Part shown: piece by piece, positions 32,984 to 45,790 of the stretch | How the letters are laid out: each line of letters starts with the position of its first letter | Numbering within the stretch: the stretch's first letter is position 1 | Assembly: GCA_964016885.1 (NCBI GenBank) | Contig: OZ024748.1 | Span: 29,946,001 to 30,010,000, forward strand | Source: Eledone cirrhosa | Taxonomy: Eukaryota | Direction of reading: 5' to 3' | DNA: 64,000 nucleotides | The notes under the pieces: model-generated | What the model saw: the letters and a program-made list of their open reading frames with translations, nothing else | The model's database searches: none | Told to the model about the DNA's origin: nothing | Made by a program: the position numbers and the translations under genes

Positions 32984-33470
32984 TAGTACACTATTAATAA
33001 TTATTAATTGTTTCTACTTTTGGCACAAGGCCAGTAATTACCCAGTGCATTACTGGTACTTTATTTTATCGACCCCGTAAGGATGAAAGGCAAAGTCAAC
33101 CTCGGCGGGATTTGAACTCAGATCGTAAAGGGACGTAACTAAGCTGGAAAGCATGGCGTCCGACCCTCTACTGATGCTGCCAATCCACCACCCTTAATAA
33201 TTATTAATGCACTCGTGCAATGCCTGTGCGTGACGAATATTTTTAAAGTGTGGAAAGACTGTGCATTGAGCCAATCCCACTCTCTGAGCGACAGTAGCTA
33301 TAACCCGAAAAGAAGAAAAGATCAACATCATCGGTAACTACTGAGCCGCAGGTTTTATGTCGGAGTTAACTCAGTTTCCTGAGATGCCTTCTCCTAGAAG
33401 AATGCCCTGACAAGGGCTAGGGGTTCTTCACTCCCAGTGGTTTAACTGCGCAATCGGGCATCCAGCCCGA
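29131..33470 (-). mobile_element. Near full-length RTE-clade LINE (APE, RT, three C2H2-type fingers), disrupted
   Basis: ORF 30550..32766 (ALSETR, YAPT, LGDFNARVG, LLDYVL, TDHRL, NYRGISLL, QSGFR, FVDLTKAF, GVKQG, LYADD); ORF 29415..30431 (LLYACETW, RLRWSGH, zinc fingers); stops at 32797 and 30550; lesion near 30430; (TATG)n tail. Confidence 0.95.
33003..33194 (-). mobile_element. SINE A inserted in the RTE 5' UTR
   Basis: Full-length copy with TTAATAATTATTAAT on both sides. Confidence 0.88.
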
Positions 33471-33764
33471 TTATTTCTATGTCCCCACGCAAAAAAAAAA
33501 AAAAAAAAAATCACTTATTGACACTTATACGTACGACATGCACACACGCGCATACATATGCGCGCACACAGCAACACTCATACATACAAACAAACACACG
33601 CTACTCTACTCACTTACACACACACACACATATATATATATATATTACCGTCATTACTGATACAAGATTACAAGATTATGTCAAATTTTGACTTTCAAGA
33701 GTTTGTATAGTTGAAGCCGATCGTACTACAGTCCAGTATTATTATAATTGCTTTACAGCATAGA

Positions 33765-33905
33765 GTCACGGCCCTCCACGCTCTGAGCTCAAATCCCGCC
33801 GAGGTCAAACTTGCCTTTCATCCCCACGGAGTCAACAAAAGAGAGTACCAGTAATGCGCTGGGCCAGTCGCTGGATCCGTGCCAAAAGCAGAAAAATTAT
33901 TATTA
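33765..33905 (+). mobile_element. SINE A, degenerate
   Basis: CTGAGCTCAAATCCCGCCGAGGTC...GTACCAGTAATG...GTGCCAAAAGCAGAAA. Confidence 0.7.
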
Positions 33906-34173
33906 AAGTTGTTTTCTTAAGGCCCGGTCGCTGGTGATGGTGATGGCGGCGGCGGTAGTGGTGGTGGTGGCAGTTGATGTTGTTGTGTTGTGTTGTGTGC
34001 GTGTGTGGTGTGTTTTGTTATTTTGAGTTTTGTTTTTTAATCTTTTGATGCCGCTGTTGTTGTTGTTGTTGTACACACACACACACACATACATACATAC
34101 ACACATACATACATACACACATGCATACATACATACATACATACATACATACATACATACATACATACATACA

Positions 34174-34553
34174 TGGTGGCTGCCAACTCGTTTTCGAGTA
34201 CGGCCACTACTTTATATCCATGTAGGAGAACCCCTACCGATGCGTTAAACAAGTGTGACTTTTTAGTCCAGCCAGCGACTTGAAAGCTCTGGTACAAACA
34301 CTACACTTGTGACAATTATTGACACATAGTGCTGGGCCCACGTCACCATGTGACGACAAGTGCAGAGAGATCTCCAGATACAAAGCAATGCCTGTGCCGT
34401 GAAGCTTTTATAGTGAGCAAAGGCACTGCACAAAGCCAGTCCCACTCTCTTAACCAAGATGATATTTACCAAAAAGAAGAACAAGTCAACATCATCGGAT
34501 ACCATCAGAGTTGCAGGTGTTATATCAGAGTTTTCCTTCTCCTAGAATTCTGC
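34174..34553 (-). mobile_element. Bipartite RTE derivative, copy 3
   Basis: Near-identical to 28114-28495; flanked by (TACA)n on both sides. Confidence 0.8.
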
Positions 34554-34904
34554 CATACATACATACATACATACATACATACATACATACATACGACGAT
34601 CACAATAACAACCATAACAACAACGAAATACTATTTATTAGTCATTGCAATTCAAATGCAGCTGGATCTGATATCTTTATATAGACTTCTTGTTGTTGTT
34701 GGTGGTGGTAGTAGTGGTATCGATGTTTGTGGTGGTGTTGCTTTGAATATCCCCCCACTACCAAAATAGTCAATACTGTTGACCAGTCATCATAATCACC
34801 ATCATCATCAATAGCAGTAGCGGTGTATATATAGTGTGCATAGGAAAGACTGATTATATGTGATATGAGGGAACCTCTCTAGCAGGTCACCTGACCTCAT
34901 ACAG

Positions 34905-35358
34905 GTGGTGACTGAATCATAGGAGAACGGGCAACAGCCATAACTGTTTTTAGGGGCCTCCATGACTAGTGAGGAGGAAGGGACACACTTATGGCCCTAT
35001 TGTGGGACTCCGGGATTGGTGGGAGGAAAGACAGCATTCGTGACCTTTTCAATTAGCACATGACTGGTAGAAGAAAGGGCTTCCGTGACTGGTGGGAGAA
35101 AAGGCCAAGCACATGACTCTTTACAGGGTCAGTGTGACTAGTCGAAGAAAGGGTAAGCCTATCATCCTTGTCAAGGATCACGTTACTGGTAAAAGGACGG
35201 ACTAAGCCCACGACTATTTTCAAAGCTTCCGTAACTGGGGTAAAGAAGAGTCAATCTTATAACCCTTTTCAATGCTCTGACCCCAAGACTAGTGAGAGGA
35301 AGGGCCAAGCAATACGACCCTTTTTCATGGCCTGTAACTAATGGCGGAAGGAAACAAG
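34905..35358. repeat. Degenerate minisatellite with a period of about 49 bp (about 9 units)
   Basis: A GTGACTRGT..purine-rich..CATGAC.CTTTT unit recurs near 34961, 35011, 35058, 35084, 35133, 35181, 35230, 35285 and 35333. Confidence 0.6.
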
Positions 35359-35364
35359 TTGATG

Positions 35365-35715
35365 ATGATAATGATGATGAGTACTGAAATGGTGGTGATG
35401 GTGATGAGGAAAATGATGGCCGTGTTAGTTATGATGGTTCTGGTGTTGTTGGTGGTGGTGATGGTGTTTGTGGTGGTGATAGTGTTGGTGGTGGTGATGC
35501 CGGTGATGGTGGTGGGGATGCTGGTTCTGATGCTTGTGGTGGTGGTGATGGTGTTGGTTGTGGTTCTGATGCTTCTGGTGGTGGTGATGGTGTTGGTGGT
35601 GGTGATGCTGGTTCTGATGCTTCTGGTGGTGGTGATGGTGGTGGTGATGCTGGTGGTGTTGGTGGATGGTGGTGGTGGTGATGCTGGTGGTGGTGGTGGT
35701 GGTGGTGGTGGTGCT
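35365..35715. repeat. (GGT/GAT)n trinucleotide low-complexity tract (similar tracts at 39660-39820, 41225-41555, 43205-44350, 53415-53610)
   Basis: Seen directly. Confidence 0.95.
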
Positions 35716-37034
35716 AGTGCTAATATTTGCTAAAACAACTTTCTTTCTGTCTTTCATTCTAAATCCCTTATCTCTCTCTTTTTATTTCGCTTTACATCTC
35801 TCACCTAGCTACACTGTGTGGGCGGGATAGTATGTGTGGATGTATGTATTGTGCGTGCGGTCATATGCATTGTGTATGTGTGTGTGTTGTCACATGTATT
35901 GTATATGAGTGTGTGTATAGTGTATGTATGGGGGTGTTTTAATTGTCTTTGTCTATTATATATGAGTGTATATATGCTTTCGTGTATTGTATATGTGTGT
36001 GTATAGGGGTTCAATGTGTGTGTATATATATATATATATGTACGTACGTGTGGTCTCATGTATTGTATATGTGTGTATTGTATGTGGGTGTATATTCATT
36101 GTGTATGGGGGCGTATATATGTGTGTATGTGTGGTCACATGTATTGTGTATGTGTGTATGGGGGCGTATGTATGTGTTGTATATGTGTGTGGTCATCTAT
36201 GTGGGGGGAGGGGGTAGAGTCGTCTGTATTGTGTGTATAACTACAGTTTGGTCTATAAACACACACACAGTCATAATGTCCTAATGCAGACAGTCAGACA
36301 TACAGACAGATATTATAAGGGTGCAACGTTATATCTATGTATCTATCTAAAAAGAAAGACTAAGAATTATAGAGAGAGATCGCTAAATCGCCAAATGCGG
36401 TCTCTAGAGCATTGAAAATGTGTATACCATAAGTATTACATGTGTAAAGTTTGAAAAAAGTCGGTTGGGTGGTTCTCGGGTTTTAGGGAGTCAGACAGAC
36501 AGACATTCTCTGTTTTAGGTATATAGATAAATAACATTTTAAAAAAATACATAAGTGGAAACAAAACTGCAATCAAATTTTTGCGGGAAAAAATGAGTAT
36601 TTTTTTGCTAATTATAGTGTATATATGCTGTACATATTACTGGCAGTATACAGTAATACTAAATGTTAATACAGAATGTTATAATTGAATTTTTAAATAA
36701 TTGTGAATGTATAGTGTACTGTTATTTAGAGTAGAGTCTGCAAGTGATCGTTCTTATCTTCTCCAATAAAAAATAAAAAGTACCTTGCGAAATATACACA
36801 TCCAGAGACTTTCAATAATGACCTTTGGTCTTTCACACTCACTCAATATATCTAGGAGTGTGTATGTGTGTGCATGTACACGTGTATATTATAGATTTAT
36901 ATATATGTATACATACATGTTTTCAACTTGTACAAAAATTATTTGGCGACTCATTCTCCCTAGGGACTTTAAACTGAAGAACTGACCAATAATTGACATT
37001 TTATATATAGATGTGTGTGTGTATATATGTACAA

Positions 37035-37065
<31 letters not shown>

Positions 37066-37067
<2 letters not shown>

Positions 37068-37458
37068 ATTGTTTCTACTTTAGGCACAAGGCCATCAAAT
37101 ACCCAGTGCATTACTGGTACTTTATTTTATCGACCCCGTAAGGATGAAAGGCAAAGTTAACCTCGGTGGGATTTGAACTCAGACCGCAAAGGGACGTAAC
37201 TATGCTGGAAAGCATGGAGTCCGACCCTCTACCGATACTGCCAAGCCACCACTCTTATATATATATATAATAATAATAAACAAGAAAGACTGTTTCATTT
37301 GTCCATCCCTATTTATTTCGTTATACGTATTTCAAAGCCTATGGTAGTTTTATAACAGCCGCCCTACGTGAAATCCAAACGAGATGTAAATATCCATTGA
37401 TATGTTACCGGTCATAGGAGTTGCTCCCTTGCCATTCGGCAACTTGGCCAGGCAGCCA

Positions 37459-37504
<46 letters not shown>

Positions 37505-37575
37505 GGAGAGGGGGAGATACACATACTACACAGAAGCGCGTGCACGAACACATGTAGATTCATGAGCACCCCCCC

Positions 37576-37652
<77 letters not shown>

Positions 37653-38420
37653 CGCCACATTCCTATCATAACTTTTCCCGCTATGTCTAGCATCAACATG
37701 CAACATTCATTTTGAAGCGGAAAACATTAAAAACAGACACGGCAACCATTTAGAAAGATCTTTTTGGCGTTTTTTTTTAAATAAAAGAAAGTAAAAGAAA
37801 AAAGGTTGTATAATAATAATAATTGTTTCTACTTTTGGCACAATTTTGGTACATTACTGGTACTTTATTTTATCGACCCCGTAAGGATGAAAGGCAAAGT
37901 TAACCTCGGCGGGATTAATAATAATGGTTTCTGATTTAGGCACAAGACCAACAATGTTTGGACGAGGGGGAATTGATTAAATCGATCCCTGTGCGTTACT
38001 GGTACTTCATTTTTTCGACCCCGTAAGGATGAAAGGTAAAGGTAACCTCGGCGGGATTTAAACTCAGAACGTAAAGAGCCATAACTCTATGCCATAAAGC
38101 ATGTTGTCCGATGCTCTACTGACACTGCCAATCCACCATCCATTAGTAATGATAATAATAGTTTCTACTTTAGGCACAAGGCCAGCAATTTGAAGTGTGT
38201 ATCTGTCGGGGGGGGGGGGGGGGGGGTCGATTAAATTGACCCCAGTGCCTGCTTGGTATTTTATTTTATCGACCCCGTAAGGATGAAAGGCAAAATTAAT
38301 CTCTGCGGGGTTTGAACTCATTTAATAATAGTAATAATTGTTTTTACTTATGGCACAAGGCCAGCAATTATCCCAGAGTTTTTAGTGGTACATTATTTTA
38401 TCGACCCTGTAAAGATGAAA
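37066..38420 (-). mobile_element. Cluster of five SINE A copies or fragments (37066-37252, 37819-37915, 37920-38141, 38155-38320, 38335-38420)
   Basis: Repeated TTTATCGACCCCGTAAGGATGAAAGGCAAA and TTTCTACTTT.GGCACAAG motifs. Confidence 0.85.
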
Positions 38421-38424
38421 TAAT

Positions 38425-39240
38425 AGATGACGGACGCGATGTACGCGTTCCCCACCTCTGCCCTACCTTTCAGGGACAGCTTTGTTTCGGCCCATTTTTG
38501 GGTGACATTGGCCACTCTGTTCGTCACCTCGTCTCAGTTTTTGTCCATTTGAAGGTCCAGACCGCACCAGATCCCGAGCAATTTAACGTCCGTCCGACGG
38601 CGCTGTGGACGGCATGTACCTTCGCCTCCGTGTGCCGAGTTGTATACCCACGGACTTTTCCTGGTTTATTTTCGCTCCCGTCACCGCCTTATATTCTTTC
38701 AGAGCAGTGACAATCGTCACAATGTGTTTGGCGTTCGACACCACTACAGTGCCGCCATCGGCATCATCTGACACGGTTCTCCCGCACCCTAGTTCGCGCG
38801 GGATACCCCTCAACCTCTGCAGTTTGTGCAATAATGGCTCTAGAGAGGGGACAACGCTGGCGAACTGAGCGCATGATGTTGAAAGGCTCCAAAAGGTTAC
38901 CGTTCACTCTCACCGCAGAGCACATGTCGCTGTGCATGGCCGCGATCCACCATGGGCTGCCCTGAGGACCGCTGCAAGGTATCGATGGTCGACCCGATCG
39001 AATACTTTCGGCTGATCCATGTTGACCAGGGCCCCACCCGTACCAGCTTCCTTAGCTACCCTCTCCATGATGTATCGCATCGCATGAGGTGGAGGTTGTC
39101 GTGGATGGATGGATCTGTCTGGAATAGCACATGTTTGCGCCTCTCCCACTCGACGACAAGCGCCAACCTCGTCGCTAACACCTTGGCCAAAATTTTGAAC
39201 ACTGTGTTTTGCAGAGGGGTTAGTCTTCCTCTTTCAACAC
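38425..39240 (-). mobile_element. Tx1/L1-clade LINE RT fragment, decayed
   Basis: FKILAKVLATRLALVV, CAIPDRSIH, ALVNMDQPKVFDRVDHRYL, AVTGAKINQEKSVGIQLG across shifted frames. Confidence 0.8.
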
Positions 39241-39324
39241 TTGTAGACTGTGGACAAAAACCATTAATCTGGATACCTAAATATGGAATGTCACGTGATG
39301 CCCCCCCCCCCCCCCCCACACACA

Positions 39325-39600
39325 CAGCCCCGGCGGACAGGATGGAGAAGGCGTTCCCATGGAGGACGGCAAAGGAGACGCGCTGGAAAAGCCACTCCAA
39401 CTCGCGGGGTTCACAACTGCGGCTGGCCAGCTCATCGCCTATGGTGGTGAGTAGGGAAGTAGCCCTAGGGCCGAGGACACCAGAAGTCTCCACTGCCAGG
39501 GATACAACCGCAAACCTGTCTGAGAGCAACCGGTATTTGAGGAGCTTGGCCTCCTCAGCCCGACGTGCAGCAGAACCTGGGTTTATGGACCTGCAATTTT
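39325..39600 (-). mobile_element. CRE-clade LINE 3' fragment
   Basis: PGSAARRAEEAKLLKYRLLSDRF..LAVETSGVLGP...EPRELEWLFQRVSFAVLHGNAFSILSAG. Confidence 0.8.
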
Positions 39601-40125
39601 CTATGTACTCCCCCTTGTTCGGGTCTTTTCTCAGCAACGTCACTGCTCCTCACAGAACTGATAATAACGACGACAATAATAATAACGATGATGACGATGG
39701 TGATAAAGATGCTGATGACGACGACGATGCTGATGATGATGAAGACGATGATGATGATGAAGACGATGACAACGATAATGATAAAGGTGACGAAGATGAT
39801 GATGACGATGACGACGATGGATTTTTAAAATGAAATATAAAGAAATTTGATATTCTGCACCAGAAATACGATATGTCATCAACGGCAACTTGTTGCTGCA
39901 GTAGTCGCTACGTCTGTTGTAATGTCAATATGTGCATATCAGTATGTGCAGGCAGTTATTGCAGACTTCTGTTACACCACAATGTACCAGTTTACAATTA
40001 ACACAGATTATGTGTAATGTACTACAGTTGTCAGTGAACTTCTATACGACAATATATGTCCCTGAAAGCGCCTGGCTTAGTGGTTAGGGTATTTAGCTTA
40101 AATAATTTGTGACAATAAAGTTTAT

Positions 40126-40292
40126 TATAATTGTTTCTACTTTTGGCACAAGGCCAGTAAAGTTTATTATAATTGTTTCTACGTTTGGCACAAGGCCAGC
40201 AATTACACCCAGTGCATTACTGGTACTTTATTTTATCGACCCCGTAAGGATGAAAGGCAAAGTCAACCTCGGCGGGATTTGAACTCAGATCG
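40126..40292 (-). mobile_element. SINE A, 5'-truncated, with duplicated tail
   Basis: Same SINE motifs; AAAGTTTATTATAAT repeats flank it. Confidence 0.8.
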
Positions 40293-40519
40293 TTTATTAT
40301 AAAGTTTATTATAATGATATAATATATGCCTTCCTTTATTTTATTTATTTATGGAATATATCATGTAAATACAGTTTAATAGAAAAAGAAAATTTAGATT
40401 GAGAAGAATGGAATGACAAATAGGAAAATATAAGAGGAAAAAATGGGAAATGAAGGGAAAGGCAAAGGCTTTAGTATCACAGAAGAATGAGGAGGGGAGG
40501 GTGATGGGGTTCTAGGACT

Positions 40520-40800
40520 AGTGCGTAGCGGTAATGAGACTGCGCCCCGCGGAAAAGACCGCAAAAGCATTCCTGCGGACAATAGCCAGCGACACCGGCT
40601 GCAACAGCCACCCCACCTCGCGGGGTTCCTTCCTCAGACGGGCTGCTGACGTTACGATCTTGCGGGGAGGAGCTCAGCAGTACGGGGTCCAAGTATGCAT
40701 GAGGTCTTGACAGCGACCGGTTCGAGGAGGAATTGTCCGGACAATCCTCGGTATTTGTTTGTCCTCCTTTTCTCTGCACAGCGGGTTGCAGTACCGGGTG
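40520..40800 (-). mobile_element. CRE-clade LINE 3' fragment (divergent)
   Basis: A minus-strand frame reads RKEPREVGWLLQPVSLAIVRRNAFAVFSAG. Confidence 0.65.
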
Positions 40801-41796
40801 TGTGTGGTCGAATCGACTAAGCAGAGCTGGTTTCAGGTGATATCAGAAGGTTAGTTTAGTTGTTGGTTTTAGTCTTGTGTCAGAAAGAGGCGCCAAGATT
40901 GAAGATAACTGCATATTAGGTCAGTAAAGTTATTGTTTGACTTGAGCCGTTGAAATCATTTCTGGCGGGAAACTACATAATAGAGAAACAGATACCTGTG
41001 TGTGTGTTTGCTTGCTTGTTTATGAATTATACTTCAACCATTTGCGATAATTTCTGGTGGGAATCTACTACATACCATAGAAACAGAGATACCTGTCTGT
41101 GTGTGATGGTTTATGATGTTTTACCTGTCTCTCACTGCCAACAATGTGTGACACTAATCCTGGGATTAAACTGTTACTACTGAACTGCTAGACAACTGAT
41201 GTTTCTCTAACTGTATTGTTTAAATGATGAGGGTGGTGGTGATGATATGGTGGTGATGGTAGTGATATGGTGGTGGTGGTAGTGATATGGTGGTGGTGAT
41301 GTGGTGATGGTGATGATATGGTGGTGATATGGTAGTGGTGGTGATGGTGACATGATGATGTTATGTTGGTGGTGGTGATAGTGATGATATGGTGATATGG
41401 TAGTGGTGGTGGTAGTGATAGTGACATGGTGGTGATATGGTGATGGTGATGATGTGGTGGTGGTGATGATATGATAGTGGTGGTGATGGTGATGGTGATG
41501 ATATGGTGGTGATGGTGGTGATGGTGATGATATTGTGGTGGTGGTGATGGTGATACCCACGTGTCAGTGCAATACTCAGCCACTTGTATGTTAATATCAC
41601 GACTAAGCTCTTAGTGATTTAACAACCGGAACACTCATCGCTGAAAGCGGTGGCGGTCCTTTTCATCAGACCCCATCACGTAACAACAATAAAACTCTGA
41701 TTTTAACAGACACTTGTGTCTAGCTGTATCGTGTGTGAAACAAAACACAGGAGGCAAAATTACACAATTATATTGGGTTGGAGGAAGTGGAGGAGG

Positions 41797-41832
41797 TTTC
41801 AACATTTCGGACAGAAGTCCTTCTCCAGGAAA
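41797..41832 (-). ncRNA. Degenerate minimal hammerhead motif
   Basis: TTTC CTGGAGA A GGAC TTCT GTCC GAAA TGTT GAAA; substitutions in the core (A6) and stem III. Confidence 0.45.
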
Positions 41833-42029
41833 GTTAGGATAAGGAGAGAACAGACAGACGTATGAGTGGTGTGGGAAGGTTAGGAAAGGAAGTTAAGAAA
41901 AACAAACAGTAGTATTGGTCCCTGGACAAGATTGGTGGCTTGGAGAGTGAAGACTGGTATGTATAAGGGGACTGCCGGTTTTCCACAAAACACCCTGCTC
42001 GGTCATCAATGACTGAGTAGGTGGGAATT

Positions 42030-42245
42030 GGGTGGAGGGACGATGCAACTACTGACCGTTTCCTTTTTCTGCTGTCATCGAGACGGTGTCCTCGAACCCC
42101 AGATTACCCGTCCTCACTCCCACCAAATCGTGGTTAGAGCAAGCAATGCACTTGAGGAAGGACGAATGGCTGATGCAGTTGACGTCGCTGGCTATTCATC
42201 GCGGCAGTGCTTTCGCCATCATCTTGTCCACAGGATGCATCTGAG
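42030..42245 (+). mobile_element. CRE-clade LINE 3' fragment (highly decayed)
   Basis: One frame reads RKDEWLMQLTSLAIHRGSAFAIILSTG. Confidence 0.55.
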
Positions 42246-44711
42246 ATATACCGTTCACCCAAAAGTATAAAGTCCCCCTCTCGCGCTTTATTACCTCCAC
42301 TTTTTCCTTTCGTTCTTTCTCTTTTTCATTTTTTTTACTGTTTTTTTTTTTTTTGTATTACTAAATCTTCATTCAATTTCATCTTCAAATATATTTCTGT
42401 CACAGAAACTACCACTCTCTCTCTCTCTGTGAGTGAGCGAGTGTGTAAGAATATGTGTGTGTGTGTCTGTGTATGTGTATGATGGAATAATGTTTGTTTT
42501 AGATAGGGAAGAGGACTGACAATGTATTATGATGTATGGGTGTTTATTTAACATACTCTATGTATGTGTGTGTATTTATGTGTGTGTGTGTGTGAATGTG
42601 TGTATGGTATGTATGTTTGTGGATGTGTGTGTCTATGTAAGAGCCAGTATGTGTGATGTATAGAAAGGGGTAGGGGGAGAGTGAGGAAGATCCTTTGGTA
42701 TGTATAATTCCTGGAGGCCCAAACCCCTTAAAGTAGAAAATAAATACCTGGAGAGATTAGGGTTTTTTTTTATGTGAGGGCGTATATTGTGCATGTGTAA
42801 ATGAGTGTGTGGATGTACATGTGTTAGTGGGCGTGCTAGACAGCGTCTCTGTGTGGGTGTAACTGTGTGTGTTTGTACGTGTGCGGTGTACATGTATGTG
42901 TTGTGTGTGTATGTATGTAGATCTTGTACGTGTATGGATGTGTGTATGTGAATGAGAACGAGTGTGCGAATGATGTAATTATACGTGCGTATGTATGTAT
43001 GTATTGATTGATAGATATTTTATTTTGATAGATATTGATAGATATAGATAGATATTGATAGATATATAGATATTGATAGATGGATAGATATTGATAGATA
43101 GATGGATATAGATAGATAGATAGATAAATGTGTGTGGTTAAGGAGAGAGAGAGAGAACATCATGAAGTGTGGGGAAAATGCAATAGACGTGAGGTTAATC
43201 CGAGTGTGTAGTAGTAATGGTAGTAGTGTGGTGGTGGTTGTAGTACTAGTAGTGGTTGTAGTAGTGGTAGTAGCGGTTGTAGTGTAGTGGTGGTTGTAGT
43301 AGTAGCAGTAGTAATGGTAGTAGTATGGTGGTGGTTGTAGTAGTGGTTGTAGTTGTAGTAGTAGCGGTTGTAGTGTAGTGGTGGTTGTAGTACCAGTAGT
43401 AGTAGTAGTAATGGTAGTAGTATGGTGGTGGTTGTAGTACTAGTAGTGGTTGTAGTGGTAGTAGCGGTTGTAGTGTAGTGGTGGTTGTAGTACTAGTAGT
43501 GGTCATAGAAGTAGTAATGGTTGTAGTCTGGTGGGGTGGTGGTTGTAGTAGTAGTAGTAGTGGTTGTGGTAGTAGTAGTGGTAGTAGTAGTGGTTGTAGC
43601 GTGGTGGTAGTAGTAGTAGTAGTGGTTGTGGTAGTAGTAGTTCCTTGTGGAATGTTATGTTCCCCCTCTACATCTATTTTACTCAGTGGACAGCAGTTGA
43701 TGTGGGATGCTCTGCCACTATCACTACACCACCACGCCCATCACCACTACATCATCACCACTACACCATCATCACCACCCCATCACCACCATATTACCAC
43801 TAAACCACTCCACCACCACCTTCCACCACCACCTCCCCATCACCACTTCACCATCACCACTACACCACCACCAGCCCATCATCCCTACACCACAACCACC
43901 CCATCACCCCTACACCACCATCACCACTACACCATCACCACTACCACCACCACTACATCACCACCATCACACCTCCACCGCCACCACTACATCACCACCA
44001 TCACACCACCACCACCACCCATCACCACTACTCCACCATCACACCACTACACCACCACCACTACACCACCACCATCACCACCACCACCCATCACCACTAC
44101 ACCATCACACCACTACACCACCATCACCCCACCACCACTACATCACCACCATCACACCACCACCACTACATCACCATCACCACCCATCACCATTACTCCA
44201 CCATCATACCACTACACCACAACCATCACCACTACACCATCACACCACCATCACACCACTACACCACCATCACCCCACCACCACTACACCCCCACCCCAT
44301 CATCACCACCACCACCCACCACCATACCACCATCACCACTACTCCACCACTACTCATCTCCACTATCCAACGCTAGTGGAATGTTCTCAGGACATATCAA
44401 GCAGTGTATGTATTAGTGGATGAGTGTGTGTGCGTGCATATGTGTATTCGTATATATGAGTATACGTGTAATATGTGTGTGAATGAGTGAATATATGTGT
44501 ATACGTGTGTGTGTGTGTGTGTGTGTGAACGATGAAGTCCTTCCATTTTTTTTTTGCACTGATAGGAATTCGTTCCCATTTATTTAATGAATTCCTTCCT
44601 CCTTACCTCTCTCCTCCTCCTTTCTCTCTCCAACTCTCCCCCTTTGTATAACCCCTTTTCCTTCTACTTGCTCCACTTTCTCTTGTCTTTCCCTGTTCCT
44701 ATTTCTCCCAC

Positions 44712-44748
<37 letters not shown>

Positions 44749-44812
44749 AAAATATTTAAGTTCTTTTTGCAATTCTTCTCCCCTATAACTGAAATGTGTA
44801 ATTCTTTCAACA

Positions 44813-45305
44813 TCTGCTCACATATGTTATATGTGTGTGTATATACACAGGACTCACATGTTTGTGTGTGTATTCACAGGACTCATATGTTGTGTGTGTG
44901 TGTATATACACAGGACTCACATATCTTGTGTGTGTGTATACACAGGACTCATATATGTTGTGTGTGTGTGTATATACACAGGACTCACATATGTTGTGTG
45001 TGTATATATATACACAGGACTCACATATGTATGTTGTGTGTGTGTGTATATACACAGGACTCACATATGTATGTGTGTGTGTATATATATATATACACAG
45101 GACTCACGTGTGTGTGTGTATATATATACACAGGACTCACATATGTATGTGTGTGTGTGTATATATACACAGGACTCACATGTGTTGTGTGTGCGTGTAT
45201 ATATATATACACAGGACTCACATGTTGTGTGTGTGTATATATATATATATATACACAGGACTCACATGTGTTGTGTGTGTGTATGTTTATACAGTGCTCA
45301 CACAC
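44813..45305. repeat. Minisatellite: 12 copies of (TATA)CACAGGACTCA separated by variable (TG)/(TA) runs
   Basis: CAGGACTCA counted 12 times between 44848 and 45265. Confidence 0.92.
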
Positions 45306-45422
45306 ATATATATGTATATGTATAAATACACACCCACGTTTGGATATACAAAGCAGAGAATGGCGACACAGCTTATTATAAGCTTTACTTTTGAATTTAT
45401 TTATATATATATATATATATAC

Positions 45423-45790
45423 ATGGCTTAGTGGTTAGAGCATTGGCCTTGCAAACGAAAGGTTGTGAGTTCATTTCTCAGACCGGGTGATGTGTTGTTT
45501 CCTTGAGCAAGACACTTTATTTTACATTGCTCCAGTTTACTCAGCTGTAGAAATGAGATGATAGGACTGGGTCCCTATCATTCCACTGCAAAGTGGTCGT
45601 GGAGGTGCCATGGCAAAAAGCACCCAGCCCTCACTGTAAAGTGGATGTGTAGGCACCACAGAAAAAAAGCACCCAGCACTCACTGTAAATGAGGTTGGTG
45701 TTAGGAAGGGCATCCAGCTGTAGAAATCAAGCCAGAATCAGTTCCTGTCCCACCCTTGCAAGCAGAGAAAAGTGGACGTAAAATGATGAT
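45423..45790 (+). mobile_element. tRNA-derived SINE, family B, full length
   Basis: A box TGGCTTAGTGG, B-box-like GAGTTCATTTCTC, central CCTTGAGCAAGACACTT, tail AAGTGGACGTAAAATGATGAT. Other pieces lie at 19028-19111, 56757-56805, 57750, 59700 and 59885. Confidence 0.82.

Noticed and set aside
38952-39833. 293-aa and 195-aa ORFs as host genes
   Set aside because: They are chance read-throughs of adjoining Tx1, poly-C, CRE and (GAT)n sequences.
40490-40850. GC-rich island as promoter or first exon of RasGEF1
   Set aside because: The minus strand translates to the CRE C-terminal motif, so it is a retroelement fragment.
43478-44423. His/Pro/Thr-rich and poly-Val ORFs (also 35341-35757, 41188-41600, 53372-53653)
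   Set aside because: They are (CAC/CAT/GGT)n tracts open in several frames on both strands, with no splice or domain evidence.
44813-45305. CRISPR-like repeat-spacer appearance
   Set aside because: The spacers are related low-complexity runs, there are no cas genes, and the context is eukaryotic.
45423-45490. tRNA genes suggested by A/B boxes (also 3985 and other SINE heads)
   Set aside because: There is no complete cloverleaf; the boxes lead into multi-copy SINE bodies and tails.
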